In this document: in pieces, positions 1 to 8,423 of the stretch
Position numbering within the stretch: the stretch's first letter is position 1
Layout of the letters: each line of letters begins with the position of its first letter
IMG/VR virus record: IMGVR_UViG_3300033073_000554
Span: 64,001-110,140 of that record
Strand: one strand, 5' to 3'
Source of the DNA: a virus
Taxonomy: Duplodnaviria > Heunggongvirae > Uroviricota > Caudoviricetes
DNA length: 46,140 nt
Position numbers and translations under genes: made by a program
Notes under the pieces: generated by a model
What the model was told of the DNA's origin: nothing
The model's database searches: none
What the model saw: the letters and a program-made list of their open reading frames with translations, nothing else

Positions 1-558
1 TTCATCGGCTCCACCATATTCACTATAGTCACTACCTAAAAATTTTATTATATTTTTACCCATCATTTTAGCATAATACAGCATTACAGGTATGAGTAAA
101 TTATTTTTTTCGAAATCTTGTTGAATTTTAGTATATGGTATTTTAGATTGTATAAATTTATATACAAATGACATTTCGGACCGACCCCCGACCCATCTAT
201 TTCCAGTATATATCTTTTTAATATCTAATTTTGTTAATTTTGCGCGCAAATCATTAAAAACATCATCTGTAAATTTTAATACATCTGAATAATTAATTAT
301 AATGCCATCAATATTATCACCATCCGCATATTGCCTAGCATGACCAATATAATCGGTCATAAATACTCCATCCTCTAACACATCACCAGTAGCCATCCCC
401 CTATATAACATATCATAATCTCTACTTAAACCATCCGTTTTGGATAGGAAAGTATCATAATCATATGACTTTGCTAATTTTATCAATTTACCATATGTAT
501 TCACCGATTCATTCAAAACCTCGTTAATTACATTTGATATGAATTGTCTCAATTTCAT
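1..558 (-). CDS. Partial ORF (runs off the window start), ADP-ribosyltransferase-like fold, with a capsid-targeting-like leader
   Basis: Not in the ORF track; translated by hand from ATG at 558, open to base 1: MKLRQFISNVINEVLNESV...MLYRGMATG...GVFMTDYIGHARQYADG. LYRG followed by G-x-F-x-T...A-x-x-Y-A resembles R/H-type ART cores. Confidence 0.6.
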   Translation of the reverse strand, partial: MKLRQFISNVINEVLNESVNTYGKLIKLAKSYDYDTFLSKTDGLSRDYDMLYRGMATGDVLEDGVFMTDYIGHARQYADGDNIDGIIINYSDVLKFTDDVFNDLRAKLTKLDIKKIYTGNRWVGGRSEMSFVYKFIQSKIPYTKIQQDFEKNNLLIPVMLYYAKMMGKNIIKFLGSDYSEYGGADE

Positions 559-561
559 ATT

Positions 562-1152
562 TTAATCCATATATTTAACTATTCCAACATAACCAAGTTT
601 AACAGTCTTATATTCGTCAATACTTGGTTCAGCCTCAGCATAACAAGTTCTAACTTTACCATCTACTTTTACCTGATATGTAGCTCTGTATGGAGTGTTA
701 TTTGTAATACTGAATTTCCACTCAGCCATTGCGGTTGGTTTATCAACAATAGGTCCAATCCACCCATAGTTTAACATCCCAACTTGATCTAATCCAAACA
801 TAGCAGCTAATGTCTTATTAGCATATGTACATTCACCCAAATCGTTGCAGATAAAAATCCCGAGTCCAGTAGCATTTTCAATAATATCCAAACGCATTTC
901 ATCAATGAGTATATCACGACCTCGCTGCATCATTATATCTTTTATCACTTTACCAGCTTTTTTACCAAATTGGGATTCGATATCTTTAATAACATGCACA
1001 CCAGTCGAATAGTAATATCTGTAATTTTCAATTGTTGGTGATATTTTCGGTAATATCCATTTATAAAATCCGAATAATCCACCTACTATCGCAACTGAAT
1101 ATCCTATTATTGTTACAATATCTTTTACATATGCGGTTGTAATAGCATCCAT
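562..1152 (-). CDS. Membrane-anchored PAS-domain protein
   Basis: N-terminal hydrophobic helix (IVTIIGYSVAIVGGLFGFYKWIL); C-terminal GIFICNDLGECTYANKTLAAMFG...LNYGWIGPI...EWKFSITNNTPYRATYQV matches the PAS pattern. SD-like AGGGA upstream. Confidence 0.7.
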   Translation of the reverse strand: MDAITTAYVKDIVTIIGYSVAIVGGLFGFYKWILPKISPTIENYRYYYSTGVHVIKDIESQFGKKAGKVIKDIMMQRGRDILIDEMRLDIIENATGLGIFICNDLGECTYANKTLAAMFGLDQVGMLNYGWIGPIVDKPTAMAEWKFSITNNTPYRATYQVKVDGKVRTCYAEAEPSIDEYKTVKLGYVGIVKYMD

Positions 1153-1167
1153 ATGTTCATTCCCTAA

Positions 1168-1707
1168 TTATTTGCGGTTTATAGGTTGTTGCACAGGTTT
1201 TACTTGCGCAGTTGTTCTCGGAGTTGTTGGAGCTGGCTTTGGAGCCGCTTTTGGTGCCGCTGGAGCTGGTTTTACTGGTTCCGATTCTACTGGTGGTGCA
1301 TCCCCGGCTTTGTAAACCTTATTCACTCTAGATATTGCAGCAGATATTGCTAATTTTGCATCTTGATCAAATTTTTCAATTAGTGATACCATTGCTAATC
1401 CAACAGCTTTTTTAATCATTGATTGATATTTTTCTACCTCACCTGAAAATTCAGTTCCAACTGGGTCTCCAGTTTGCCGGGCAGCTACCATGGCATCCTG
1501 ATATTCTTTAATTCTATCTGGAACATGATATTTCAATGAATGCAATGTTCCACCACCATAAATGTTAACTGAAACATTCATAGCCCCGACATTGCGATAT
1601 ATATCAACCTCAACACCGTCGGAAAATCCACCATTGACATTTATCATGTCATATTTGATCTTCTTTTCCGTCAATAATTTTTGATATTCTTCAGATAATT
1701 TAAACAT
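1168..1707 (-). CDS. Hypothetical protein with leader MFKLSEEYQKLLTE and Pro/Ala-rich tail (candidate internal head protein)
   Basis: 179-aa ORF packed tightly in the operon; leader ends L-x-E; PAPAAPKAAPKPAP tail. Confidence 0.7.
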   Translation of the reverse strand: MFKLSEEYQKLLTEKKIKYDMINVNGGFSDGVEVDIYRNVGAMNVSVNIYGGGTLHSLKYHVPDRIKEYQDAMVAARQTGDPVGTEFSGEVEKYQSMIKKAVGLAMVSLIEKFDQDAKLAISAAISRVNKVYKAGDAPPVESEPVKPAPAAPKAAPKPAPTTPRTTAQVKPVQQPINRK

Positions 1708-1965
1708 CTAGTTTCTCCATGCATTATCTTCAGCTGTTCTCATTTTCTGAGCATATTTAGCGTTTGATTTTACTAATCTTTTCTTAATACTCGGTTTAGT
1801 ATATGACGCTTTATCGTAGACCTCTGATAGTCTCTCATTTTGCTTCATTATTCTCTTGAATTTTCGTAAAGCAAATGATAGATCGTTGTCAACTATTACA
1901 GATGACGCATATCCAGATTGAATTGTCAATAATTCCCGAAGTTGTTTAAAATCTTTAATATCCAT
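1708..1965 (-). CDS. rpsU: Phage-encoded ribosomal protein bS21
   Basis: VIVDNDLSFALRKFKRIMKQ...LSEV...YTKPSIKKR matches the bS21 signature (ALR/KxFKR...KPSxxR/K). About 20-aa N-terminal extension. Confidence 0.85.
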   Translation of the reverse strand: MDIKDFKQLRELLTIQSGYASSVIVDNDLSFALRKFKRIMKQNERLSEVYDKASYTKPSIKKRLVKSNAKYAQKMRTAEDNAWRN

Positions 1966-1999
1966 TTCTTATTTATTAGTTTATTTTTTTATCGCACAT

Positions 2000-2380
2000 T
2001 TAAATATCGTAGTATTTTTCTAATAATTGTCCAATATCTTCATATGCGGATTCCAATCTTTGTTGTCGTTGCATGATTTCAGATGCTTCAGTTTTCATGG
2101 TTTTATAACACTCTTCCAACTGTTTCATATGTCTGGAAGTTGTAATGTTATCGAACCATCCCTCAGTTTCCTTAAGTGTCATTCCCTTGGCAACATTGAT
2201 TATACTTTCAATTTTAGCTATAGCCTCTTTCAAGTCAGCCGATCTATATATCACTTGTCCGTAATTACTATACGCCTTAACTGATTCTAGAAACGACTTA
2301 CGATCGTCTTTAGTGAAAGTATGTTCATTTTCAAAAACATCCTTATTTGCTTCTAATAGTGATATAATATTACTAGTCAT
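2000..2380 (-). CDS. Hypothetical head-module protein (helical)
   Basis: 126-aa ORF between bS21 and the prohead protease region; leader MTSNIISLLE. Confidence 0.75.
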   Translation of the reverse strand: MTSNIISLLEANKDVFENEHTFTKDDRKSFLESVKAYSNYGQVIYRSADLKEAIAKIESIINVAKGMTLKETEGWFDNITTSRHMKQLEECYKTMKTEASEIMQRQQRLESAYEDIGQLLEKYYDI

Positions 2381-2661
2381 TACTTACCTCTGTTATATAT
2401 AGTAATTTGGTGGTGAGACATATTCTTTCTTTGTCTCTCAGTCAATTCTGGTAGTTTTTTATCGACTACTGGTTTAACTTCAACTACAGGTTTAGATGCT
2501 ACTGGTTTAACTTCAACTTTTGGTTGTACAACTTCAGTTTTCACTTCTGGTGCCGCTTCAACTTTAACCTCTGGAGCTACTTCTGGAGCTACTTCTGGAG
2601 TCAACTCATTGTTTACATCTTCTACCACATCATCTACTTTTTTACTGTACTTACTACTCAT
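2380..2661 (-). CDS. Low-complexity Glu/Val/Lys/Pro-rich hypothetical protein
   Basis: 93 aa with PEVA/EVKP repeats; start and stop abut the neighbouring genes. Confidence 0.6.
   Translation of the reverse strand: MSSKYSKKVDDVVEDVNNELTPEVAPEVAPEVKVEAAPEVKTEVVQPKVEVKPVASKPVVEVKPVVDKKLPELTERQRKNMSHHQITIYNRGK
2570..2600. repeat. 12-bp tandem repeat (TCTGGAGCTACT x2.6), encodes PEVA
   Basis: Direct reading. Confidence 0.85.
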
Positions 2662-2670
2662 TAATTTCCT

Positions 2671-4410
2671 TTATTTTTTATTTATACAACATATACCTGA
2701 TAATTCACACATTATATCTCTAATTGTGTTATTTATTTTATCATCTAATGATGACGTTTTATTAATATTTACAGATTCTGTCATTGAGATGGGTTTAACG
2801 AACGCGCCATGTGTAGATGGATTTGATACAAAATCAAATGTTACCAATGAAAAATCATCTTGCACTTCGACTGTATCATCGTGCTCCGATATCGTTTTAA
2901 CAGATCCCATTCCACGTGAAGATATACCTACTGTAATATTTGCTTTGAATAATTCAGTTACAATATTTCCAGCTGGAGTATTTAATATCTCTATTTTACC
3001 CATCAAATCATCACCAACCCACCAACATTCTAATATATTATGTGATACATTTTTAAGGTTTACCACTGATGAATTACCAGACCAAAATGGTTTACCATTA
3101 TCTCTAGCGTAAAATGTCTCATTCGGTACCGAAACGCATGCTATTTCACCATCATAATCTACCATTTCCATGCTCAAATTACGACGATCTAAATATATAC
3201 CCTTCGCTTTAGATCTAGTTATACGATGTACTGGTTTACAATTTTCACCCTTTATTAATCTATCGCGTATATATGAATCTTTCTGAATTTGCATAATCTT
3301 TGTTGTTGCCATACCCGCTTTAAACATAACTTCTTGTAAATCGTCAGCCAGTCTATCTGATATTGTAAATACGCGCTCTGCTATATATCCTCGATCATTA
3401 ACTACTGTACCATCTCCTTCTAAATATCCAGTATAAAAATGTTTTAAATTTTCTTTACCAGTATTTTTATACTCAACTGGTATATATTTATCTTTAGCAT
3501 ATCCGAGAGGTTCAATTATTTTTTTCAACCTAAGGTCTGTACAACTGAATTCAATTTTATTATCTGGTTTATAATATTCTACCCATTTAAATGATTCTGG
3601 AAAATTTGACAACACTTCACGTATCATATTTTTTCCACGTTCCTTAGTTTGTGTAATACAAACTCGATTATTATCAGCTCGCGTGTGTGAATAATGCCCT
3701 TCAGATATATATAATCCTAAAAATTTATACCACGTTTCAGCATTTATATCAACATCTTCACCATATCTAACTATTCGTTCTTTAGATGTAAATTTTGATA
3801 ATTCTGAAGAATCTACACCACGTATAGTAACCATATCTTCAGATGCAATATCTATACCATTAAAACCATGCTTAGGTATATATGATTTATCGTATTTTAG
3901 TCGATTATTATAAATTTCAAGTGCAGTTACAAATGATCCAACGCCGTATCTATCAACTAAATAAAATCTATGATTCGGCGTCACCATTGTATCTATATTT
4001 TTACCCTTAATATGAATCATTTTACCAGAATATTTCTGGTGTATTTTTTTATTTATTTGGTGTATTTCAATGTCACCAGTTTGGGTATTAAGCGTGCATA
4101 CTCTCTCATCATCGGCTATTTCAGATAGCAGTTTCCACCCACTTTCACATAAAATAGATGCTGTCGGGCGGAGGCACTCACTATGATCCAATTCCCCTAG
4201 TGCCCGTCTCTGCGCTATTTCATTGGCAATATACTTAGAAATTTCACGTTCAAGTATCTTCTTAGAATATATACGCCCATTTTGATTACGCGCATTTGCT
4301 CTTTGTAGTACCCCAGATACAATTAACTTGCCACCATTGGACTCCAACGATTCAGTGATCATTTGCGGTGATACTTTGAATTGATTATATTCTACTAATA
4401 ATTGTTGCAT
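2671..4410 (-). CDS. gp21: Prohead core protease (T4 gp21-like) containing an intein
   Basis: GVLQRANARNQNGRIY, GELDH (catalytic His), GISSRGMG (Ser), TFDFVSNPS (Asp). Removing the intein leaves 211 aa. Confidence 0.93.
   Translation of the reverse strand: MQQLLVEYNQFKVSPQMITESLESNGGKLIVSGVLQRANARNQNGRIYSKKILEREISKYIANEIAQRRALGELDHSECLRPTASILCESGWKLLSEIADDERVCTLNTQTGDIEIHQINKKIHQKYSGKMIHIKGKNIDTMVTPNHRFYLVDRYGVGSFVTALEIYNNRLKYDKSYIPKHGFNGIDIASEDMVTIRGVDSSELSKFTSKERIVRYGEDVDINAETWYKFLGLYISEGHYSHTRADNNRVCITQTKERGKNMIREVLSNFPESFKWVEYYKPDNKIEFSCTDLRLKKIIEPLGYAKDKYIPVEYKNTGKENLKHFYTGYLEGDGTVVNDRGYIAERVFTISDRLADDLQEVMFKAGMATTKIMQIQKDSYIRDRLIKGENCKPVHRITRSKAKGIYLDRRNLSMEMVDYDGEIACVSVPNETFYARDNGKPFWSGNSSVVNLKNVSHNILECWWVGDDLMGKIEILNTPAGNIVTELFKANITVGISSRGMGSVKTISEHDDTVEVQDDFSLVTFDFVSNPSTHGAFVKPISMTESVNINKTSSLDDKINNTIRDIMCELSGICCINKK
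3073..4176 (-). mobile_element. Intein (368 aa) with LAGLIDADG homing endonuclease
   Basis: Starts CLRPTASIL, ends FYARDNGKPFWSGN followed by Ser(+1). LAGLIDADG-like blocks FLGLYISEG and YTGYLEGDG. It splits GELDHSE|SSVVNL. Confidence 0.92.
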
Positions 4411-4428
4411 AATTCGTTTCTTATTTTT

Positions 4429-5289
4429 TTATATACTTGACTGCACCTGCTTAGTGACATCAAATTCACGTATTACACTATCACCACCGCCTGTATAACT
4501 ATTCTTTACATATTTTAGTACAATACTCTTAGCAGTCTTTAATTCTGGATATATATTAAAACTTTTTTTCATAATATTTATTCGCATTGCAACTCTATTC
4601 TTCAATGCGGTGCTACCAACTGGATTATCACCAAATGCTAGTGTATTATCTGATCCAACTCGTTGTTTACCGTCAACCCACGTTTCTAAATAATATCTAG
4701 TGATCGATTCATTTAATTTTCCACTTTTAAGTGCTTCAGTTTCTTCTACTATTAATTTCTTGATAAGTTTTGTAAAGGTCGCTTCATTTATTTTTTTGAC
4801 CTCACCTTTAGGTTTAAATCCATCTTCCATTACACCTCTCTCGTGGTATCCATTAGCGGTCAGTTGCTTTATGAATGCGTCGCGTTCACGTTTATTATGG
4901 AATATTTTGATATTAAAAAAATCACCACCGTCATCATGCTTAGATACTCCATCGTGAAACGATACTGTATATTTTGCTCTACCGATATTATCTTGGGTAT
5001 AGTATCGCTTCTTACCTTCATTTATTTTTTTGACATCACCTGAACTTCGAGATTCAGTTACACCTTTCAGCATATTAATTTCTTGATCTGTATAACCAAA
5101 TTTATTTCTTAGTATTTCCTCACTTTCTTCAGCACTTGGACCACCAAACATTGATTTATTTGGATTTTTAACAGTGTCTACCGCAATACGATGCTGATTA
5201 TAATCAGCCACATTGCTACGAGGTGGCTTTTTAGCTTCAGCTAATTGTGAATGTATCATTTTCTTTAATTGTCCTACTGTAATTTTCAT
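4429..5289 (-). CDS. Modular hypothetical protein, candidate internal head polyprotein
   Basis: Leader MKITVGQLKKMIHSQLAE; internal VKKINE twice and KLNE; SD-like AAGGA upstream. Confidence 0.75.
   Translation of the reverse strand: MKITVGQLKKMIHSQLAEAKKPPRSNVADYNQHRIAVDTVKNPNKSMFGGPSAEESEEILRNKFGYTDQEINMLKGVTESRSSGDVKKINEGKKRYYTQDNIGRAKYTVSFHDGVSKHDDGGDFFNIKIFHNKRERDAFIKQLTANGYHERGVMEDGFKPKGEVKKINEATFTKLIKKLIVEETEALKSGKLNESITRYYLETWVDGKQRVGSDNTLAFGDNPVGSTALKNRVAMRINIMKKSFNIYPELKTAKSIVLKYVKNSYTGGGDSVIREFDVTKQVQSSI
4782..5041. repeat. 26-bp direct repeat pair (4782-4807 and 5016-5041, 25/26 identical)
   Basis: CTTCATTTATTTTTTTGAC(C/A)TCACCT; each copy encodes G(D/E)VKKINE; spacing is 78 codons. 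Confidence 0.9.
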
Positions 5290-5326
5290 TTAAAATTTCC
5301 TTTCTAATATATATGTATAAATAAAT

Positions 5327-6490
5327 TTAAATTATTTTCTGATATAAGAAGATTTTCAATATTTTTTCACTATATATAAGTAGATGAAATTGACGCTGAA
5401 AATAAAACTTTTGCCAACTGATGAACAATCTAACTTGCTTATCGATACGATTAAAGAATCCAATGCTGCGTGTAATACTATTTCTGATATAGCGTGGGGA
5501 AAGCGTATTTTTAACAATTTTAAACTCCATCATGAAGTTTATCATAATTATAAAACCGAGTCTAAACTTTCTTCCCAAATAATTATACGCCAAATTGCAA
5601 AAGTTGCCGATGCTTATAAGTTGGATACGAAAACTAAGAGAACTTTTAAACCACTCGGTGGTATTACGTATGATAGTAGAATATTGACGTATAAATCTAA
5701 TAATATAGTTTCGATATGGTGTATTGGCGGACGACAAAAAATGAATTTTATATGTCATAACACTAAATATTTTCCATATATTAAAGGTGAAGCCGATTTG
5801 GTTTTTAAAAATAATAAATTTTATCTTTTTCAAACTATTGATGTTCCAGACACTGATATTGAAAATGTTGAGGAATTCATTGGCTGCGATTTTGGTCTTA
5901 CCGACATAGTTGTAACTTCCGATGGTATTAATCGTTCTGCGGATGCCATTAACAAATATCGCAAATATCGACAAAAAATTCGTAGTTCTATCCAAGCAAA
6001 GGCAGACACTTCTAAACGTTCCACTAAACGGAATTGTAGAAAGTTGTCCAAACGGCTTAGTGGCAAAGAAAGAACTCATGCCAATATTATAAATCACACT
6101 ATTGCAAAATCTATTATACTTTCTACAAAAGAAAGTCATAAAGGAGTAGCTATCGAAGATTTGACCCATATTAGATCTACTACCAAACGAAGAAATAAAA
6201 AATTTAGAACTAAATTTGGAAATTGGGCATTTCGCCAACTTCGATCGTATATTGAGTATAAAGGACTGCTTTATGGTGTTACTGTAGTGGTGGTTGATCC
6301 AAGATATACATCTCAAATATGTAATACATGTAAACATTTTGGTAAACGAATAAATAAACACTTTAAGTGTATTAATTGCGGAACCGATATTGATGCCGAT
6401 GTTAACGCTTCGCTCAATATAGCTACGCTTGGACGTGCCATAAACCACGTTGAAAAATCGAATGATATGTGTTGCTCTATCGTTGCTCAT
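5327..6490 (-). other. 387-codon antisense ORF in register with tnpB (function unknown)
   Basis: The ORF track shows no stop. It is codon-aligned with tnpB, whose codons 1-369 contain no TTA/CTA/TCA. Composition looks like a shadow frame. Confidence 0.45.
5369..5378 (+). promoter_or_regulatory. ACTATATATA promoter-like motif before tnpB1
   Basis: The same motif precedes many phage genes in the sense orientation. Confidence 0.55.
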
Positions 6491-6538
6491 AATTATTCAG
6501 GTTTAAATCCCATTCTATCACTTTGTGTGAATAGGTAG
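5384..6538 (+). CDS. tnpB: TnpB RNA-guided endonuclease
   Basis: RuvC-I IGCDFG, RuvC-II IEDL, Zn finger CNTC/CINC, RuvC-III DADVNASLNI; catalytic D/E/D intact. Confidence 0.93.
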   Translation: MKLTLKIKLLPTDEQSNLLIDTIKESNAACNTISDIAWGKRIFNNFKLHHEVYHNYKTESKLSSQIIIRQIAKVADAYKLDTKTKRTFKPLGGITYDSRILTYKSNNIVSIWCIGGRQKMNFICHNTKYFPYIKGEADLVFKNNKFYLFQTIDVPDTDIENVEEFIGCDFGLTDIVVTSDGINRSADAINKYRKYRQKIRSSIQAKADTSKRSTKRNCRKLSKRLSGKERTHANIINHTIAKSIILSTKESHKGVAIEDLTHIRSTTKRRNKKFRTKFGNWAFRQLRSYIEYKGLLYGVTVVVVDPRYTSQICNTCKHFGKRINKHFKCINCGTDIDADVNASLNIATLGRAINHVEKSNDMCCSIVAHNYSGLNPILSLCVNR

Positions 6539-6563
6539 TTTATTGTGATATGTTCCGTATTTT
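6420..6563 (+). ncRNA. Putative TnpB omegaRNA (scaffold overlapping the tnpB 3' end; guide from 6544)
   Basis: Inferred from known TnpB architecture and the right-end hairpin ATTC..CAC-TTT-GTG..GAAT. The 5' boundary is approximate. Confidence 0.55.
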
Positions 6564-7526
6564 TGATGATATTTTTAATAGTCTTTCATTTATTTTTGTA
6601 AACTTATTTACTGTATTTTTCCAATAAATACTTTGATCAGCATTTATCTCCGTCTTCAATTTAGCAGATCTACTTATTAATCTATCCACTTCATATAAAT
6701 TTCTAGCAACTTCTAATATTGCTTTATTTATTTTTTGCTTTGGAGACATAGTTGCATCATTTACCCATTCCTTGTAGGCAACCTCATTTACTGGTTCGCA
6801 ATATGTTGTGTCTGATGGTTTCTTAACCTTCCTTCGAAATGCATTTGGCGTTTGCTGCATCCCTTCACCGCCATCTAAACTCGAGGTGGTATTATCTTCG
6901 CATATTTCTTCCTCACCCTCATCTTCCAATTCATTAATATGATTATAGATATTCGTCAATGATAATACATTTTCATCTATATCATCATCCTCAGACCATT
7001 TTGTAATCTTCTTAGGATCTTGGCCTGTAATCTGTTTAATTTTTTCGTCGGCTTCATCATCATCCTCGGCATCTATCTGAACTGCGGTCTTATCACCATC
7101 TTTTTTATAGAAGCTATATGTCTTCGATTCAACTGTCATATTTCGCATTTTATCATTTACAATGTGTATGTTATCATGATGAACCTTTTCATTAGCATCA
7201 TATCCATATAGTACCATATTCGCCGCGTCTATTTCTTGTGGAGTTTTAAATAATTCCATATGTTTTGATACGAAATCGGCTTGGTCCCTCGTCGGTATAT
7301 AATTACCACCAGCCGTGCTATAATTAAATTTACTTCCTTCGCGTTTTTTATCGGCTCTATCATTTTTTCTCTGAATATACGCATCATGTTGAGCCGGGTC
7401 TTTCATTTTTTCCGCAAATTCTCTACGTTGTGATGCAGATGGTTTCCACTTATATGCCTCATCAACTATACTATTCAACTCATTATATCGACCTTCTATA
7501 ATATCAATTAAGCTGGGTATTTTCAT
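6540..7526 (-). CDS. Hypothetical head-module protein (possible prohead core/scaffold-associated)
   Basis: 328 aa; leader MKIPSLIDIIE; acidic middle and helical C-terminus; two genes downstream of portal. Confidence 0.7.
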   Translation of the reverse strand: MKIPSLIDIIEGRYNELNSIVDEAYKWKPSASQRREFAEKMKDPAQHDAYIQRKNDRADKKREGSKFNYSTAGGNYIPTRDQADFVSKHMELFKTPQEIDAANMVLYGYDANEKVHHDNIHIVNDKMRNMTVESKTYSFYKKDGDKTAVQIDAEDDDEADEKIKQITGQDPKKITKWSEDDDIDENVLSLTNIYNHINELEDEGEEEICEDNTTSSLDGGEGMQQTPNAFRRKVKKPSDTTYCEPVNEVAYKEWVNDATMSPKQKINKAILEVARNLYEVDRLISRSAKLKTEINADQSIYWKNTVNKFTKINERLLKISSKIRNISQ

Positions 7527-8365
7527 TACTTGATCAACTCCATTAATTCGTAATATTTTAATAATGCGGATACATGTTCAGTTTTTATAGTTTTTGATCC
7601 GATCACACCATCTAACAGCTTGACTACTTCATCTAACTTTATTTTTGTTACTGATTTTTCATCAAATGTTCTAGATTTCTTAGAAATATACGACCTCACC
7701 TTATCTACTTCACCATATATAAAATCCTTAAATCCATTTGATCCAATATCTTCAGTAACATACTTTTTCAATAGCATTCGCTGGTTTTCATTTAATACTT
7801 CGTATTTCTTGTTGAATTTTTCGATCAATATCTTAAACGCAAGTTTTCGAATGTCTTTATCTTGATTTTTCCAATATTCCTGTGCTTCAGTAAGTGGAGA
7901 TTCGACTGGAACCGTTGATATATGTTCCATAACTATTTCTCGACATTCTAAGTGGTTCGATGGATTATCCTTAGTTGGATATTCTAATAATTTGTATATT
8001 GAAGCTAATACTTTATAATTTGGTATTCTTTGACTGAAAAATTCGGTTTCATCATATACTTTTTTTATCGCACCTACTAAATTATATTTTTCAGATAATA
8101 ATTTATTACTATCTATCGTTTCTGAATATGTTTTTAGAACCAAATCTATCAATCTATTTGGATCCTTTATATTCGAATTAATTTCAGTTAATATCTGATA
8201 TAATTCCAATTCTTTATGCAATTCGGTGCCGTTACCGAAGTACTTTCGAATTATAGACTGGCTATTAGTACTCGTTTTGTCCATTGCTTCGGTGACAAAT
8301 CTTCGAGTCAATATCTCGAATAATATGCCAGTATTCCTGTGTTTATTGTGTTTTAGTACCTTCAT
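7526..8365 (-). CDS. Hypothetical protein adjacent to portal
   Basis: 279-aa helical ORF (KHNKHRNTGILFEIL...) with its own promoter-like motif. Confidence 0.75.
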   Translation of the reverse strand: MKVLKHNKHRNTGILFEILTRRFVTEAMDKTSTNSQSIIRKYFGNGTELHKELELYQILTEINSNIKDPNRLIDLVLKTYSETIDSNKLLSEKYNLVGAIKKVYDETEFFSQRIPNYKVLASIYKLLEYPTKDNPSNHLECREIVMEHISTVPVESPLTEAQEYWKNQDKDIRKLAFKILIEKFNKKYEVLNENQRMLLKKYVTEDIGSNGFKDFIYGEVDKVRSYISKKSRTFDEKSVTKIKLDEVVKLLDGVIGSKTIKTEHVSALLKYYELMELIK

Positions 8366-8390
8366 GTAGTATCCAACGATTCCGTTCTGT

Positions 8391-8399
8391 TATAAATAG
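8391..8399 (-). promoter_or_regulatory. CTATTTATA promoter-like motif
   Basis: Intergenic, preceded by a T-tract, upstream of 8365. Confidence 0.55.
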
Positions 8400-8423
8400 A
8401 AAAAAAATAACATAAACACCATA

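Larger units (their letters stand above)
5336..6543 (+). mobile_element. Non-autonomous IS200/IS605-family element (tnpB only), antisense to the operon
   Basis: Right end AATCCCATTCTATCACTTTGTGTGAATAGGTAGTTTAT resembles IS200/IS605 right ends. TTAT lies at 5332-5335 and 6540-6543. Deleting 5336-6543 restores the neighbouring gene end CAA TAA directly in front of the next promoter-like motif. Confidence 0.7.

Noticed and set aside
2609-3112. 167-aa plus-strand ORF and many other short antisense ORFs in the track
   Set aside because: Shadows of well-supported minus-strand genes with no motifs. Unlike 5327-6490, they are short or out of register.
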